From: Felis catus
Lineage: Eukaryota
Length of the DNA stretch: 64,000 nt
Assembly: GCF_018350175.1 (NCBI RefSeq)
Contig: NC_058368.1
Span: 30,940,001-31,004,000 of the forward strand
Direction: 5' to 3'
The translations under genes and the position numbers were made by a program. Shown in pieces: positions 39,756-52,400 of this stretch. The notes beneath the pieces are model-generated. The model was not told where the DNA came from. It did no database searches and saw only the letters and a list, made by a program, of their open reading frames with translations. The first letter of the stretch is position 1; the number at the start of each line of letters is the position of its first letter.

Positions 39756-39933
39756 GCGAGTGAGCATGAGCCAGGGAGGGGCAGACAGAGAGAAGGAGAG
39801 AGAGAATCCCAAGCAGGCTCCATGCTGCCAGTGCAGACCCCTACATGAGGCTCAAGCTCCTGAAACGTGAGATCATGACCTGAGATAAAACCAAGGGTCA
39901 GGTGCTTAACCAACTGAGCTTTCCAGGCTCCCC
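39693..39933 (-). mobile_element. Can-SINE
   Basis: T-tail, (GA)n and antisense head; 'gtgatgaa' on both flanks. Confidence 0.92.
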
Positions 39934-40229
39934 AGTGATGAATTTTTTTTTAATTTCAGATTTTAGTCAAGTAAAAAGATACCAAACTGTAGAATTAAAG
40001 GACCTTTGTAACTTTCGTCAGTTCTTACCTCTCCAAGTTTCCTCACTTATAAACTGAGGATAATACCCACATCAAAGCTCCTTTTATTCTAAAATAAAAT
40101 ATGGAACATGAAAACAATTCCAAATAGAATGGTTTGCTCATGAATTGCCTATTGCAATTACTCTATAGAGACATGTACTAAGAATCAATGAGGAAAACTT
40201 CTACTCACTTCACATAAAATATGTTACTA

Positions 40230-41380
40230 CTGACATATAGATAGTCACATCTACTGTCAGGCCCTTTATCAGATTCTAAGAATACACAAATGAAAATTAC
40301 ATAATCATTGCCTTCAAAGAGCTCATGGGCAAGCAGGGAAGACACACTCTATACAAATAACTACAACAAGGTAAGTACTATGCTAATATTAGCAAAATCT
40401 TGCTGTGAGGAGAGCACATAGATGCGGGTTATTTCTGACTGCATTACCAAGGAAGGTGTCACTGAGATGGTGTTTTTAAAGCTGTTTCATAGAATGAACA
40501 ATTTTTTTCCGAGTGAAGAATAAGAAAAGATATTTGAGGCAGAAGGAGCATCTTGAGTCAAGCGGTAAAGACAATTTAGGAGAGATGGTGGGTTTGGTAT
40601 GAAAATGGGAATGTAAGTGGCAAAATTTAAGATTGGCTTTATAAAGCCGTATGAATTTCAACCCATATGAACTTGCAACAAGTACCAAGAAGAACTAGTT
40701 TTGACTCCTATCATGTAATCTGTTAATGTGGTTGATACTGTTCTTCAGTGCATCAAACCAGAAAGAGGAAATTTTTCAGTGGCCCAGAAATTCACTACCT
40801 GGATGAACACTTTTGAAAATAAAAGCTAATAGTTCTGTAGTGAATATTATTTTATCTATATTGGGGAAATCTGTGTTTTGCCAATACAGAATATATATAC
40901 ATATGCCATATATGTGTATGTATGTTATGTGTATATATACATATATACAAACACACACACACTGATAAAAAGAGTATATATATTTAAATTTTACATAGAA
41001 TGATTTTTAATCAAACAAGGCCCACAATTAAGTGTGTGTCATAGAAAAAAAAATGGTAGAATTGATTTGGAGAGAGAGACACTCAACACAAGGCAGTTAG
41101 TTCACGAGAGAGATGATATAGTTCCAAATTATGGCAGTATGTGTGAATGCAGTGTTGGGAATATATTTGATTAATGTTTAAGTGGAGAATCCATTGACTG
41201 GGGTAAATAATTGAATGGGGTGAACTAGCAAATGTAGAAAAAATACTAAGTTTTCTTAGCTTAAGTAAAGTGAATGCAACACAACAGAAACATAATTTGG
41301 AAAAAAAGTGTTTCAGACATCTTCAGTTTGAGTGCCATATGGACGTTCAGGGATTGAGTTGTTGAGCTAGTAATGGAAAA
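40230..41380 (-). mobile_element. L2 fragments
   Basis: 'tactgtcaggccctt...cattgccttcaaagagctcat' and 'cttcagtttgagtgcc' resemble antisense L2. Confidence 0.55.
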
Positions 41381-41444
41381 TAATCTCATTCGTACTATTT
41401 TGAAATATTTTCTGTTAATTAAAGTAAGAATATCTAAAAAGTGT

Positions 41445-42230
41445 TGTATCAGCCATCTCTTTGTAACAACCTAATTCAAAACTTAAAAAAAAATTTTAAT
41501 GTTTATTTTTGAGAGAGGAAGAGAGACAAAGCACGAGTGGGGAAGGGGCAGAGAGAGGGAGACACAGAACCCAAAGCAGGATTCAGGCTCTGCACTGACG
41601 GAGAGAGCCCGATGCAGGGCTCAAGACTCAAGAACCATGAGATCATGACCTGAGTGAAGTTGGACACTTAACTGAGCCACCCAGGGCCCCTAAAACTTAA
41701 TGACTTCTAACAATAAGCATTTACTATTACTCCATAGTCTAAGAGTCAGCTAGGTAATTTTCCTGATCTGAGGCTCAGTTGATATCAGATGGGTTTGCTT
41801 ATTTTATTTATTTATTTATGTATTTATTTATTTATTTATTTATTTATTTATTTTATTAATTACCAGATTAGCTGGCTAGAGAATGGCTTTTCTAGCATGG
41901 TCTCCTTCACATGTCTAACATTCATCTGGCTATCCAGATATGACTGAGATGACTTAGTTCGTCAGACTAGCTTATACTTGTCCTTATGGTGGTTGAGCAG
42001 AGTTCCAAGAAGGTTAGTGTTGGTGTGGAAGGCCCCTGGAAGCTTAGCCTTAGATCTCACAAATTACTTCTGCCATATTCTATTAGATAAAGCAGGTTAC
42101 AAATCCAACCCAGAATCAAGAAATGAAAATATGGGTTCTACCTTTTGATAGGATGATCTGCAAAGTCACATTGCAAAGTGTGTGGTGTAGGGAAGGATGC
42201 AGAATTTAGGCCACTTTTGTAATCAGTGAA
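41445..42230 (-). mobile_element. MLT1-like LTR interrupted by a SINE and (TTTA)n
   Basis: 'acttctgccatattctattag...caacccagaatcaag...caaagtcacattgcaaag'. Confidence 0.75.
41487..41690 (-). mobile_element. Can-SINE
   Basis: TSD aaaacttaa; antisense head 'gagccacccagggcccc'. Confidence 0.93.
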
Positions 42231-44332
42231 CCAATTATTAAATGCATGTGTAAGTATATGATTACTTAGTGTTAAAAATAATCTAGTAGATAATCTTCTC
42301 TTTGAGAAAAAATTCCCTAGCTAGTTAAACATGTGTGCGAAACTCTTAGAGCACAGAGAGCTTGTATAAAGGCCACACTTAATGATTTGATCAGAGCCAT
42401 GTGATAAAGTAATTATGTAATCATGCATTAATTACTCAACAGAGAAATAATTTGTGTTTATTTTTAAAATCCAGAATGGATCACCTGTTCTTTTAGAATC
42501 TTTTAACTGAAAGAGAGCTAAAGTTCAACAGTGCTTCAAATGGTGTCACAGTTTACCTTTGATTTTAACTAGTGCAGAATGACAAGTGTTCATCCAGTGC
42601 CATTAGTGAATAGAGCAGATAAGTAATTAAGGATGAACCAAACTAATCTATCAAGTGTGAGGATCACTGTACTTCTAACAATTCGATGTGTCCCAAGAGT
42701 GCATAGGCAGCATACCAAACAAACACAGGATTAAACAACAACAACAAAAACCACAACACAAACTATCAACAATGAATAAATTCAGAAATAAGAAACCCTA
42801 ATTATTCCAAGTATGATGAACATGACTGTACACACAATTGACCAACTGAGACATTTTTGAGAGTAAAAGTGGACTGATAAATTAGTGAGTGCAAGGGGGC
42901 AGAAAGACAGATGCAGACAAAGGATCTTTCGCTAAACTGGGATGCATGGTCCAATAATGAACAACTCTTCAAGCAAGCATTGTGTGGTTTACTCAGAAAC
43001 TGAGAAATATTTTTAATTTACTTACACGGAGCCAAGTGTTTCATCTTTTTGTGCCTCAATTTTCTCTGAGTATTAATCTGATTACTTTCTTTGCATTTTC
43101 TTACCTCTTATCTTTCATTTACACCCCAGAGGTCATTTTCCACCCCACTTCTCTAACCTACACTATTACACTTCCACCTACCTACACTTCCACCCCACTA
43201 CACTCTAACCTACAATATTAAACACTAATATTTAAGGCAACTGAAGAAAATTCTCTGATCCATAGTCAAAGAACTACCTTTTTTTTTTTTTTAATCCTGA
43301 AGAATCTAGAGGAGAGAAGCTTAGGAGACAAGAAAGGAAACCAGAAGAGTGGCAATTCAAAAAAGAAAGGACAAAGTTGAAGTTAACAAAGGGCTCAGGA
43401 GGAGAATAAAAGGAACAGTAAAGAATACTGCCCTTTACCCTACCTTTGCTGACTCAACATCTGTGGGCAAATTTCTGGGCTCTGGACATGGAGGTCCTAT
43501 TGAGAGGGTTTAGGGAATTACACCCTCTGCCTGGAGAAGAGAGAACCTGCAGGAACTGAACAGAACAGGGGAGCAAAGTTCTCCCTTGGTGAGGCATGAA
43601 ACTGTGAGGGTGGTAATGGTCATCAATAAAGGGTCTGGATAGATAAGGAAGACCTGGGTCTTTATTAATGAAAGGATCTCGAGACACATAGTAAAGTAGA
43701 GGTTTGCTCCCTGGTGAAATCCTAGCCCCTAAGGTGGGACTCTTCAAGGACTTTGGGCCTGATTTGGTTCCTCTTTCGCCTTGAAGTTTCAGAGAGGTGA
43801 ACTCTTCAGTTTCTCAGAGTAGATTGAACTCATTATCAACGAATGCCTAGAAAGTTAAGTGAGTATTTATTGCAACATGATCAGGAATAACATACCAGTA
43901 TGTATCTTAACAAACACTCAGAACAACAAAGTGAATTCACTGTGAGATTCAAATGTATGATTGCTGCAACTCTAATAACTGAGGTACTCATCTCCATACT
44001 AACATGTGTCTCCATACACCTGTGAAGAGTAGTCAATATATCCTCTGCCATAATCTTTCCTTGTCACCTACTCGATTTCTGAATGAATGAGAAACCAGGA
44101 AATGGGCAAAAATACATTTAAAGGAATCCCAAGGAAACCTAAATGATTACTGAACTACTTGGAGAAATGATGAGAGAAGGGTGGTCAAATCTTTTTCTAA
44201 ATTAAAATGTAAAAATATCCTGTGGTATGTAAGTGACAAGGACTTGTCCTCTACTTTGTTCACTATCCCCAATCCCTAGGATAGTACCTAGCAAGGGCTC
44301 AGTAAGTATTTATGGAATGACTTTTAATTATA

Positions 44333-46222
44333 GTTTTTTATTTCAAGTTTTTATTTTAATTCCAGTACTGTTAACATACAGTGATATATTAGTTTCAGGT
44401 GTACAGTGTAGTGATTCAACCTTTCCATACATCACCCTGTGTTCACCTGGACAAGTGTACTTCTTAATCCTCATCACTTATTTCCCCTGTCCTCCCATCT
44501 ACCTTCTGTCTGATAACTATCAGTTTGTTCTATATAGTAAAGAGTCTCTTCTTTTCCCTTTGCTCATTTGTTTTGTTTCTTAAATTACACATGAGTTAAA
44601 TTATATGGTATTTGTCTTTGACTGACTTATTTCACATAGCATTATACTCTCTAGCTCCATTCATATTGTTGCAAAAGTCAAGATTCCATTTTTTATGGTT
44701 GAGTAATATTCCATTGTACGTAAGTACCACCTCATCTTTGTCCATTCATCTATAGATGGACATTTGGGCTGCTTCCATATTTGGCTATTGTAAATAATGC
44801 TGCAATAAGAATAGGGGTGTGTGTATCCCATTGGATTAGTTTTTTTGTAATATTTATTTTTTTGGTAAATACATACTAGTGCAATTGCTAGATCAAAAGG
44901 TAGTTCTATTTTTAACTTTTTGACAGACCTCTCTACTATTTTCCACAGCAGCTGCACCCGTTTTCATTCCCACCAAGTGTGTACAAATGTTCTCTTGTCT
45001 CCATATCTTTGCCAACACTTCTTGTTTCTTGTGTTTTTGAAGAAGTGTGATGTGATAATCTCATTGTTGTTTTGATTTGCGTCTTCCTGATGATGAATGA
45101 TGTTGATCATCTTTCCATGTATCTTTTGGCCATCTGTATGTCTTCTTTGGAGAAATGTCTGTTTAAGTCTTTTACCCACTTATAATTAGATTTTTTGGGG
45201 GGTATATTGACTTGTTTCAGTTCTTTAAATATTTTGGATACTAACTCTTTATTGGATATGCCATTTGTACTGTCTTCTCCTATTCAGGTGGTTGTCTTTG
45301 AGTTTTGTTGACTATTTCCTTTTCTGTGTAGAGTTTTTTTATTTAGATGTATTTCCGGTAGTTTATTTTTGCTTATATTTCCCTTGCTTCAGGAGACCTA
45401 TCTAGAAAAATGTTGCCATGGCTGATGTCACAAAAATTAGTGCCTGTGTCCTTTTCTAGGATTCTTATGGTTTCAGGTTTCACATTTAGTTCTTTAATCG
45501 ATTTTTAATTTATTTTTGTGTATGGTGAGAGAAAGTGGTCCAGTTTCATTCTTTTGCAAGTAGCTATCCAGTTTTCCCAACACCACTCACTGAAGAGACT
45601 TTTTCCTATTGCATATTCTTGCCTCCCTTTTTGAAGATTAATTGACCGTATAAGTGTGGGTTTATATCTGGGCTCTCTATTCTCTTCTATTGATCTATAT
45701 GTCTATTTTAGTGTCAGTACCATAATATTTCAATTACTAGAGCTTTGTATTATTTCTTGAAATCTGGGATTGTGTTACTTTCAGTTTTGTTCTTTTTTTC
45801 CCCCCAATATTGCTTTGGCTCTTTGGGGTCTTTTGTGGTTCCATACAAATTTTAGGATTGTTTGTTCTAGTTCTGTGAAAAATGCTGCTAGTATGTTGAT
45901 ACAGATTGCATTAAATCTGTATATTGCTTTGGGTAGTATAGACATTTTAGCAATATTTGTTCTTCTAACCTGTGAGCATGGAATGTCTTTCCATTTCTTT
46001 ATGTCATCTTGAATTTCTTTCATCAATGTTTTATAGTTTTCAGAGTACAGGTCTTTCACCTCTTTCGTTAAGTTTATTCCTAAATATTTTATTGTTTTTA
46101 GTGAAATCGTAAATGGGATTTGTTTTCTTAATTTCACTTTCTGATGCTTCATTATTAGTGTGTAGGAAGGCAACAGATTTTTGTGCATTGATTTTGTATT
46201 CTGTGACTGTACTGACTTCATG
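44333..46222 (-). mobile_element. 5'-truncated carnivore L1 (ORF2 3' part and 3'UTR)
   Basis: ORFs 45781..46221 ([23 protein letters not shown]), 44661..44957 and 44964..45179. T-rich tail at about 44335. Confidence 0.95.
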
Positions 46223-46299
46223 TGTCCTTTCTAATGATAATTAATTAATAGAATACTACCTTAGGTTTTGAACATCACATTTTAGATGAATTAAAAGCA

Positions 46300-46540
46300 C
46301 ACTGACACATGTGAGAAGATGGAAGATCAAGAGATACAGAAGACTGGAAGCTGTCTGTTAAGAAGGCAGGGATATTTAGCATTAAAGAATAATTGGAATA
46401 GAGCATTGTAAACATTGTCTTAAAATACTCAGAAATGCATTGAATAGGTAACACATAAGTAGACACATTCTGTTGCCCTAAACGATGATGAGTAGAAGTT
46501 ATAGGGAATTTCAGGTTTACACAAACAAGAACAAATTTTT
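46300..46540 (+). mobile_element. L3/CR1 3' relic
   Basis: 'gggatatttagc...tgtcttaaaatact...gaagttataggga' resembles the L3 3' region. Confidence 0.5.
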
Positions 46541-47379
46541 ATATGTTTATCGATTTCTATTGATGTCTAATATTTTACTGCAGTCAATTATGTGGCTTTC
46601 CTTTAAGCCTGTCCTGAAAATTCTACATGTGAGATTTTATTTATTTAGCCATTAAATTCTTTTTTTAAGGGTTGAACATTCTTCCTTGTTGTAGTTAATG
46701 ATTACATACCTATTTCTAGGGAGAGAAATTTGATTCCTTTTGTTTTGATATTAAAAACCATTTAGAAAACGTGTATAGGAAGATGAAGTATAAGGATATT
46801 AATAATAGTTAATACCTTTACACTACCTTTTTCAGCACAGTTCAGTTATATTTGTGTAATTTTCCAAGGAATCCAAGTCCTTTTTGTATTTAAAAAATAT
46901 TATTTGATTAACCCTTAGCTGGAATGTAAAAACACAACACTAATCAATAAGAGAATGGAGTTCAATTTTAGTAGCAAATAAATTCAGATAGCCATGAGAT
47001 TGGGGAGATAGCACTTAAAGTTATGTGCATTTGGAAAGGCCAATGTCTAGTGCACATGAATGTGGATGGGTGTTGGTGATTTAAGGAAAGTTAGACAAGT
47101 AGGTATACAGACTTCTCATATAGTCACAGAAAGAAGTGGAAAATAGTTCAAAAGTAATCAGCAATTCATCAAGAGATTATTTCCCAGTCATTTTCCTATT
47201 ATATATAAAACATTTTGACAAAACTTATATCTGTATTCACTTTTGAAAGATATAGTTATTACGTAAGATGAGATGGAAATAAAATAGACAATTTTTACTT
47301 TAGTAACCACTCATACACCCACACCTCTACCTTGATACCAATGTGTAAAGACTTCCTTTAGGTACTCCAAATTCTGGTC

Positions 47380-48990
47380 CTTTTCTCATATTTTCCAATA
47401 AACTTAAGGAAGAATTATTTATACCTGCCTTTTATTTCTTTACTTCCTTTTCACCCCTATACCCACCTCAATTGGACTTCCATTCCCATCATTTAAATAA
47501 ATAGATTTCCCTTGAATCACTGATAGATTTATCTGTGCCTGTAAGTTCTAGGGTCACTTTTCACTACTCATCTTACTTGACTTCTGTTGACTATTCCTTT
47601 CTTGATTAAACATTCTTTAATTTCAATCGCCTTATTTACTGAGTTCTGCAGTTTCAGATCTTTCTCCCTGGACATTAAATATTGGAGTTCCTTACATCTT
47701 GGACTTGGGCCCACTCAAATTTTTATGGAAAACCACTTACTCAGGCAATCTTTTCCAAATCCACATTTTCAGTTATTGATACAAATTTATCTCTCCAACA
47801 CCAAAATATATGTTCACCTGCCTACCTCTAGTATCTTTCTTTCTTTGAAGATCTTTTAGACTTGCTGCGTCTGAAATGTAATTTGTGATCATTTCCCTTC
47901 ATCTTATGTTCTAACATTCTCTAAATTGGTTGAGTGCATGACTACCATACACACAAATCAGAAATGTAGGTGCCATTTTTGACATTTTCTCCTTCCCCAT
48001 CACCAAGTTCTATCAATTTTCCTTCTTAAACAGATTTTGAATACATTATTTTCTTTTCATCTCCACCATCACCTATCATCCAGACTATCATCACCTTTTT
48101 TCTGGACTATAGCTATAGCTGCTGTATTTGCTCACATGCATCCGTTTTGGCTTCTACACATTCTGTTGCACCCAGCCTCTGTTAAAAAAAAAATGCAAAA
48201 CAAAACAAAAAAACACCATGTCACTTTCCCCTGCCATATTTAAAACATTCCAATCACTTTCCATTGCTCTTAGGATAAATGAAAGACCTTACAATATTAA
48301 AAAACAAACAAAACCTCTGTCTTATAAATCTTTAAACCCTTATTAAAACATTGTAGACACAAGACAGAAGTAAACTAGTAAGTTATTTTTATTTGATGTT
48401 CATTGAGCACTTACTATGGACATGAACTATAATAAACCTTCAAAAGTATCTCACTTAATCTCCATAAATCTAATAGAATGAATACATTCATGTATCAACT
48501 TTATAGAAAAGAATATTTAGGTTTCAAAATGTCATGAATATGGAACCCTGCTTATCTACAGTCTCATAACACATTCGTCTTTTCTTGATTGTCTGCTTTA
48601 GCCATACTGGTCTCCATTCAGTTCTGCATTCTAGGCATGTTCCTTCCCATACAGGGCTTTTGATTGTGTTGTCCTCTCCTTCCAAAACCTTCTACCTTTG
48701 TCCACCGACCCTTCAGCTAGTTCATGCTCCTGAGGTCTTAGGTCAATTGTTGCTTCCTCAGAAAAACTCTCCCTGACTTCTCTGACAATGAATTGCCTCC
48801 AAATGTAAGCTCTTTTAGCCCCATACACTTCTCCTTGCGAGTGTTTAGTACTTTATCACAGTTATAAGTCACACTTTTGTATGAGGTCCTTTGATTTATC
48901 TATCTCTGTCGGTCCATAATAAGTTTCATGAGGGCAAGGGAAGTTTTTCCTTTTGTTAAACCCTTTAATTTTAGCACCTAGCATGGTTGC
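47380..48990 (+). mobile_element. L2 (about 1.3 kb) interrupted by a templated insertion at 48291-48540
   Basis: 'ttccattgctcttaggataaat', 'agccatactggtctcc' and 3' end 'taagtttcatgagggcaagg...tagcacctagcatgg'. Confidence 0.75.
48291..48540 (+). repeat. Old local copy of 49333-49480 plus 58849-58940 (unique flank and MIR, pre-L1 state)
   Basis: Shared 'aagaca.aagtaaacta.taa', 'ttatttttatttga', 'tatggacatg', 'ataaac.ttcaaaa.tatc', 'tttatagaaaa' and 'aatgt.atgaat'. Confidence 0.85.
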
Positions 48991-49480
48991 TGAATGATTT
49001 GGGTTATGTTACCTTGAGAAGTAATACATTGACTATCATGTACATGTGGATTTTATCTTTTTCTTTTTTTTTTTTTAAGTATTGGTACAGAAAACAATGC
49101 TTTGAGAAATTATGATAGAAAAAAAAAGCTGAGAGGGTCCTGTACCTGGGCAGGTTCCCTCATAGCACTAAGGCAGTTACTGAGTTATAGAGTAAATGTT
49201 AGGGGTTATGCCATGTGTTTGCAGGGAAATAAGTTATGATTGAATTAAAGGCAATATATATTTTTAGGAAACATAGCTTACTTTATTGCAGCCCTCTAGT
49301 GAGCGGCGTGAAGTATAATAAAAATGTAAGAGCAACAGTAAATATACAAACCTTTTGACACATCTTTTAAAAAACTTATAAAACATATTAGAAATAAGAC
49401 AAAAGTAAACTAATAAAATTTATTTTTATTTGACATTCACTTAACACTTAATATGGACATGCATTATATGATAAACTTTC

Positions 49481-52400
49481 TTTTATTTTCTTTTTTTAAA
49501 TATATAATTTATTGTCAAATTGGCTTACATACAATACCAAGTGCTCATCCCAACAAGTGCCCTCTTCAATGCCGATCACCCATTTCCCCCTCTTCCCCAC
49601 CCCCATCAACCCTCAGTTTGTTCTCAGATTTTAAGAGTCTCTTATAGTTTGCCTCCATCCCTCTCTGTTTGTAACTATTTTTCCCCTTCCCTTCCCCCAT
49701 GGTCTTCTGTTAAGTTTCTCAACATCCACATAAGAGTGAAAACATATGGTATCTGTCTTTCTCTGACTGACTTATTTCACATAGCATAATACCCTCCAGT
49801 TTGATCCACACTGCTACAAATGGCCAGATTTCATTTGTTTTCTTTGTCAAGTAGTATTCCATTGCATGTGTAAACCACATCTTCTTTTATCCATTCAACA
49901 GGTGATGGATATTTAGGCTCTTTCCATAATTTGACTAAAGTTGAAAGCACTGCTATAAACATTGGGGTACATGTGCCCCTATGCATCAGTACTCCTGTAT
50001 CCCTTGGGTAAATTCTGAGTAGTGCTACTGCTAGGTCATAGGGTAGTTCTATTTTTAATTTTTTGAAGAACCTCCACACTGTTTTCCAGAGTGGCTGCAC
50101 CAGTTTGCATTCCCACCAACAGTGCAAGAGGGTTCCCGTTTCTCCACATCCTCTCCAGCATGTATAGTGTCCTGATTTGTTCATTTTAGCTACTCTAATT
50201 GGCAGAAGGTGGTATCTCAGTGTGGTTTTGATTTGTATTTCCCTGGTGAGGAGTGATGTTGAGCATCTTTTCATGTGCCTGCTGGCCATCTAGATGTCTT
50301 CTTTAGAGAAGTGTCTATTCATGTCTTCTGCCCATTTCTTCATTGGATTATTTATTTTCAGGTGCAGAGTTTGGGGAGTTCTTTACATATTTTGGATACT
50401 AGCCCTTTGTCTGATAAGTCATTTGCAAATATCTTCCCATTCCATCGGTTGTCTTTTAGTTTTGTTGATTGTTTCCTTTGCAGTGCAGAAGCTTTTTATC
50501 TGGATGAGGTCCCAATAGTTCCTTTTTGCTTTTAATTCCCTTGCCTTTGGAGATGTGTCGAGTAAGAATTGCTGCAGCTGAAGTCAGAGAGGTTTTTGCC
50601 TACTTTCTCCTCTAGGATTTTGATGGTTTCCTGTCTCACATTCAGGTCCTGTATCCATTTTGAGTTTATTTTTGTGTATGGTGTAAGAAAGTGGTCTCGT
50701 TTCATTCTTCTGCATGTTGTTGTCCAGTTCTCTCAGCACCATTTGTTAAAGAGACATTCTTTTTTTTTCCATTGGATACTCTTTCCTGCTTTGTCAAAAA
50801 TTATTTGGCCATGCTTTTGTGGGTCCAAACCTGGGTTCTCTATTCTATTCCATTGGTCTATGTGTCTGTTTTTGTGCCAAAGCATACTATCTTGATGACT
50901 ACAGCTTTGTAGTAGAGGCTAAAATCTTGGATTGTGATGCCTCCCGCTTTGGTCTTCTTCTTCAAAATTACTTTGGCTATTCAGGGTCTTTTATGGTTCC
51001 ATACAAATTTTAGGACTGCTTGTTCTACCTTCGAGAAGAATGCTGGTGTCATTTTGATTGGGGTTGCATTGAATGTGTAGATAGCTTTGGGTAGTATTGA
51101 CATTTTAACAATATTTATTCGTCCAATCCATGAGCACGGAATGTTTTTCCATTTCTTTATATCTTCAATTTCCTTCATAGCTTTCTATAGTTTTCAGCAT
51201 ACAGATCTTTTACATCTTTGGTTAGGTTTATTCCTAGGTATTATATGCTTCTTGGTGCAGTTGTGAATGGGATCAGTTTCTTTATTTGTCTTTCTGTTGC
51301 TTCATTCATGCAGTTGCTTCATTCATGCAGTTCAAGAATGCAACTGATTTCTGTAATTGATTTTGTATCCTGAGACTTTGCTAAATTCATATATATCAGT
51401 TCTAGCAGACATTTGGTGGAGTCTATCAGGTTTTCCATGTATAGTATCATGTCATCTGCAAAAAGTGAAAGCTTGACTTCATCTTTGCCAATTTTGATGC
51501 CTTTGATTTCCTTTTGTTGTCTGATTGCTGAAGCTAGAACTTCCAACACTCTGTTAAACAACAGCGGTGAGAGTGGACATCCCTGTCGTGTTCCTGATCT
51601 CAGGGAAAAAGCTCTCAGTTTTTTTCCATTGAGGATGATATTAGCTGTGGGCTTTTCATAAATGGTTTTATGATGTTTAAGTATATTCCTTCTATCCCGA
51701 CTTTCTCGAGGGTTTTTTTTAAGAAAGGATGCTGAATTTTGTCAAATGCTTTTTCTGCAATTGACAGGATCATATGGTTCTTATCTTTTCTTTTATTAAT
51801 GTGAGGTATCACACTGATTGATTTGCAAATGTTGAACCAGCCCTGCAGCACAGGAATGAATCCCACTTGATCATGGTGAATAATTCTTTTTATATGCTGT
51901 TGAATTCGATTTGCTAGTATCTTATTGAGAATTTTGCATCCATATTCATCAGGGATATTGGCCTGTAGTTCTCTTTTTTTGCTGGGCCTCTGTCTGGTTT
52001 GGGAATCAAAGTAATGCTGGCTTCATAGAATGAGTCTGGAAGTTTTCTTTCCCTTTCTATTTTTTGGAATAGCTTGAGAAGGATAGGTATTATCTCTGCT
52101 TTAAATGTCTGGTAGAATTCCCCTGGGAAGCCATCTGGTCCTGGACTCTTATTTTTTGGGAGATTTTTGATAACTGATTCAATTTGTTCACTGGTTGTGG
52201 GTCTGTTCAAGTTTTCTTTTTCTTCCTGTTTGAGTTTTGGAAGTGCATAGGTGCTTAGGAATTTGTCCATTTCTTCCAGGTTGTTCAGTTTGTTGGCATG
52301 TAATTTTTCATAGCATTCCCTGATAATTGCTTGTATCTCTGAGGGATGGTTGTAATAATTCCATTTTTATTCATGATTTTATCTATTTGGGTCATCTCCC

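Noticed and set aside
43290..43900. Possible ancient LTR
   Set aside because: Composition is LTR-like, but I could not identify termini or a family.
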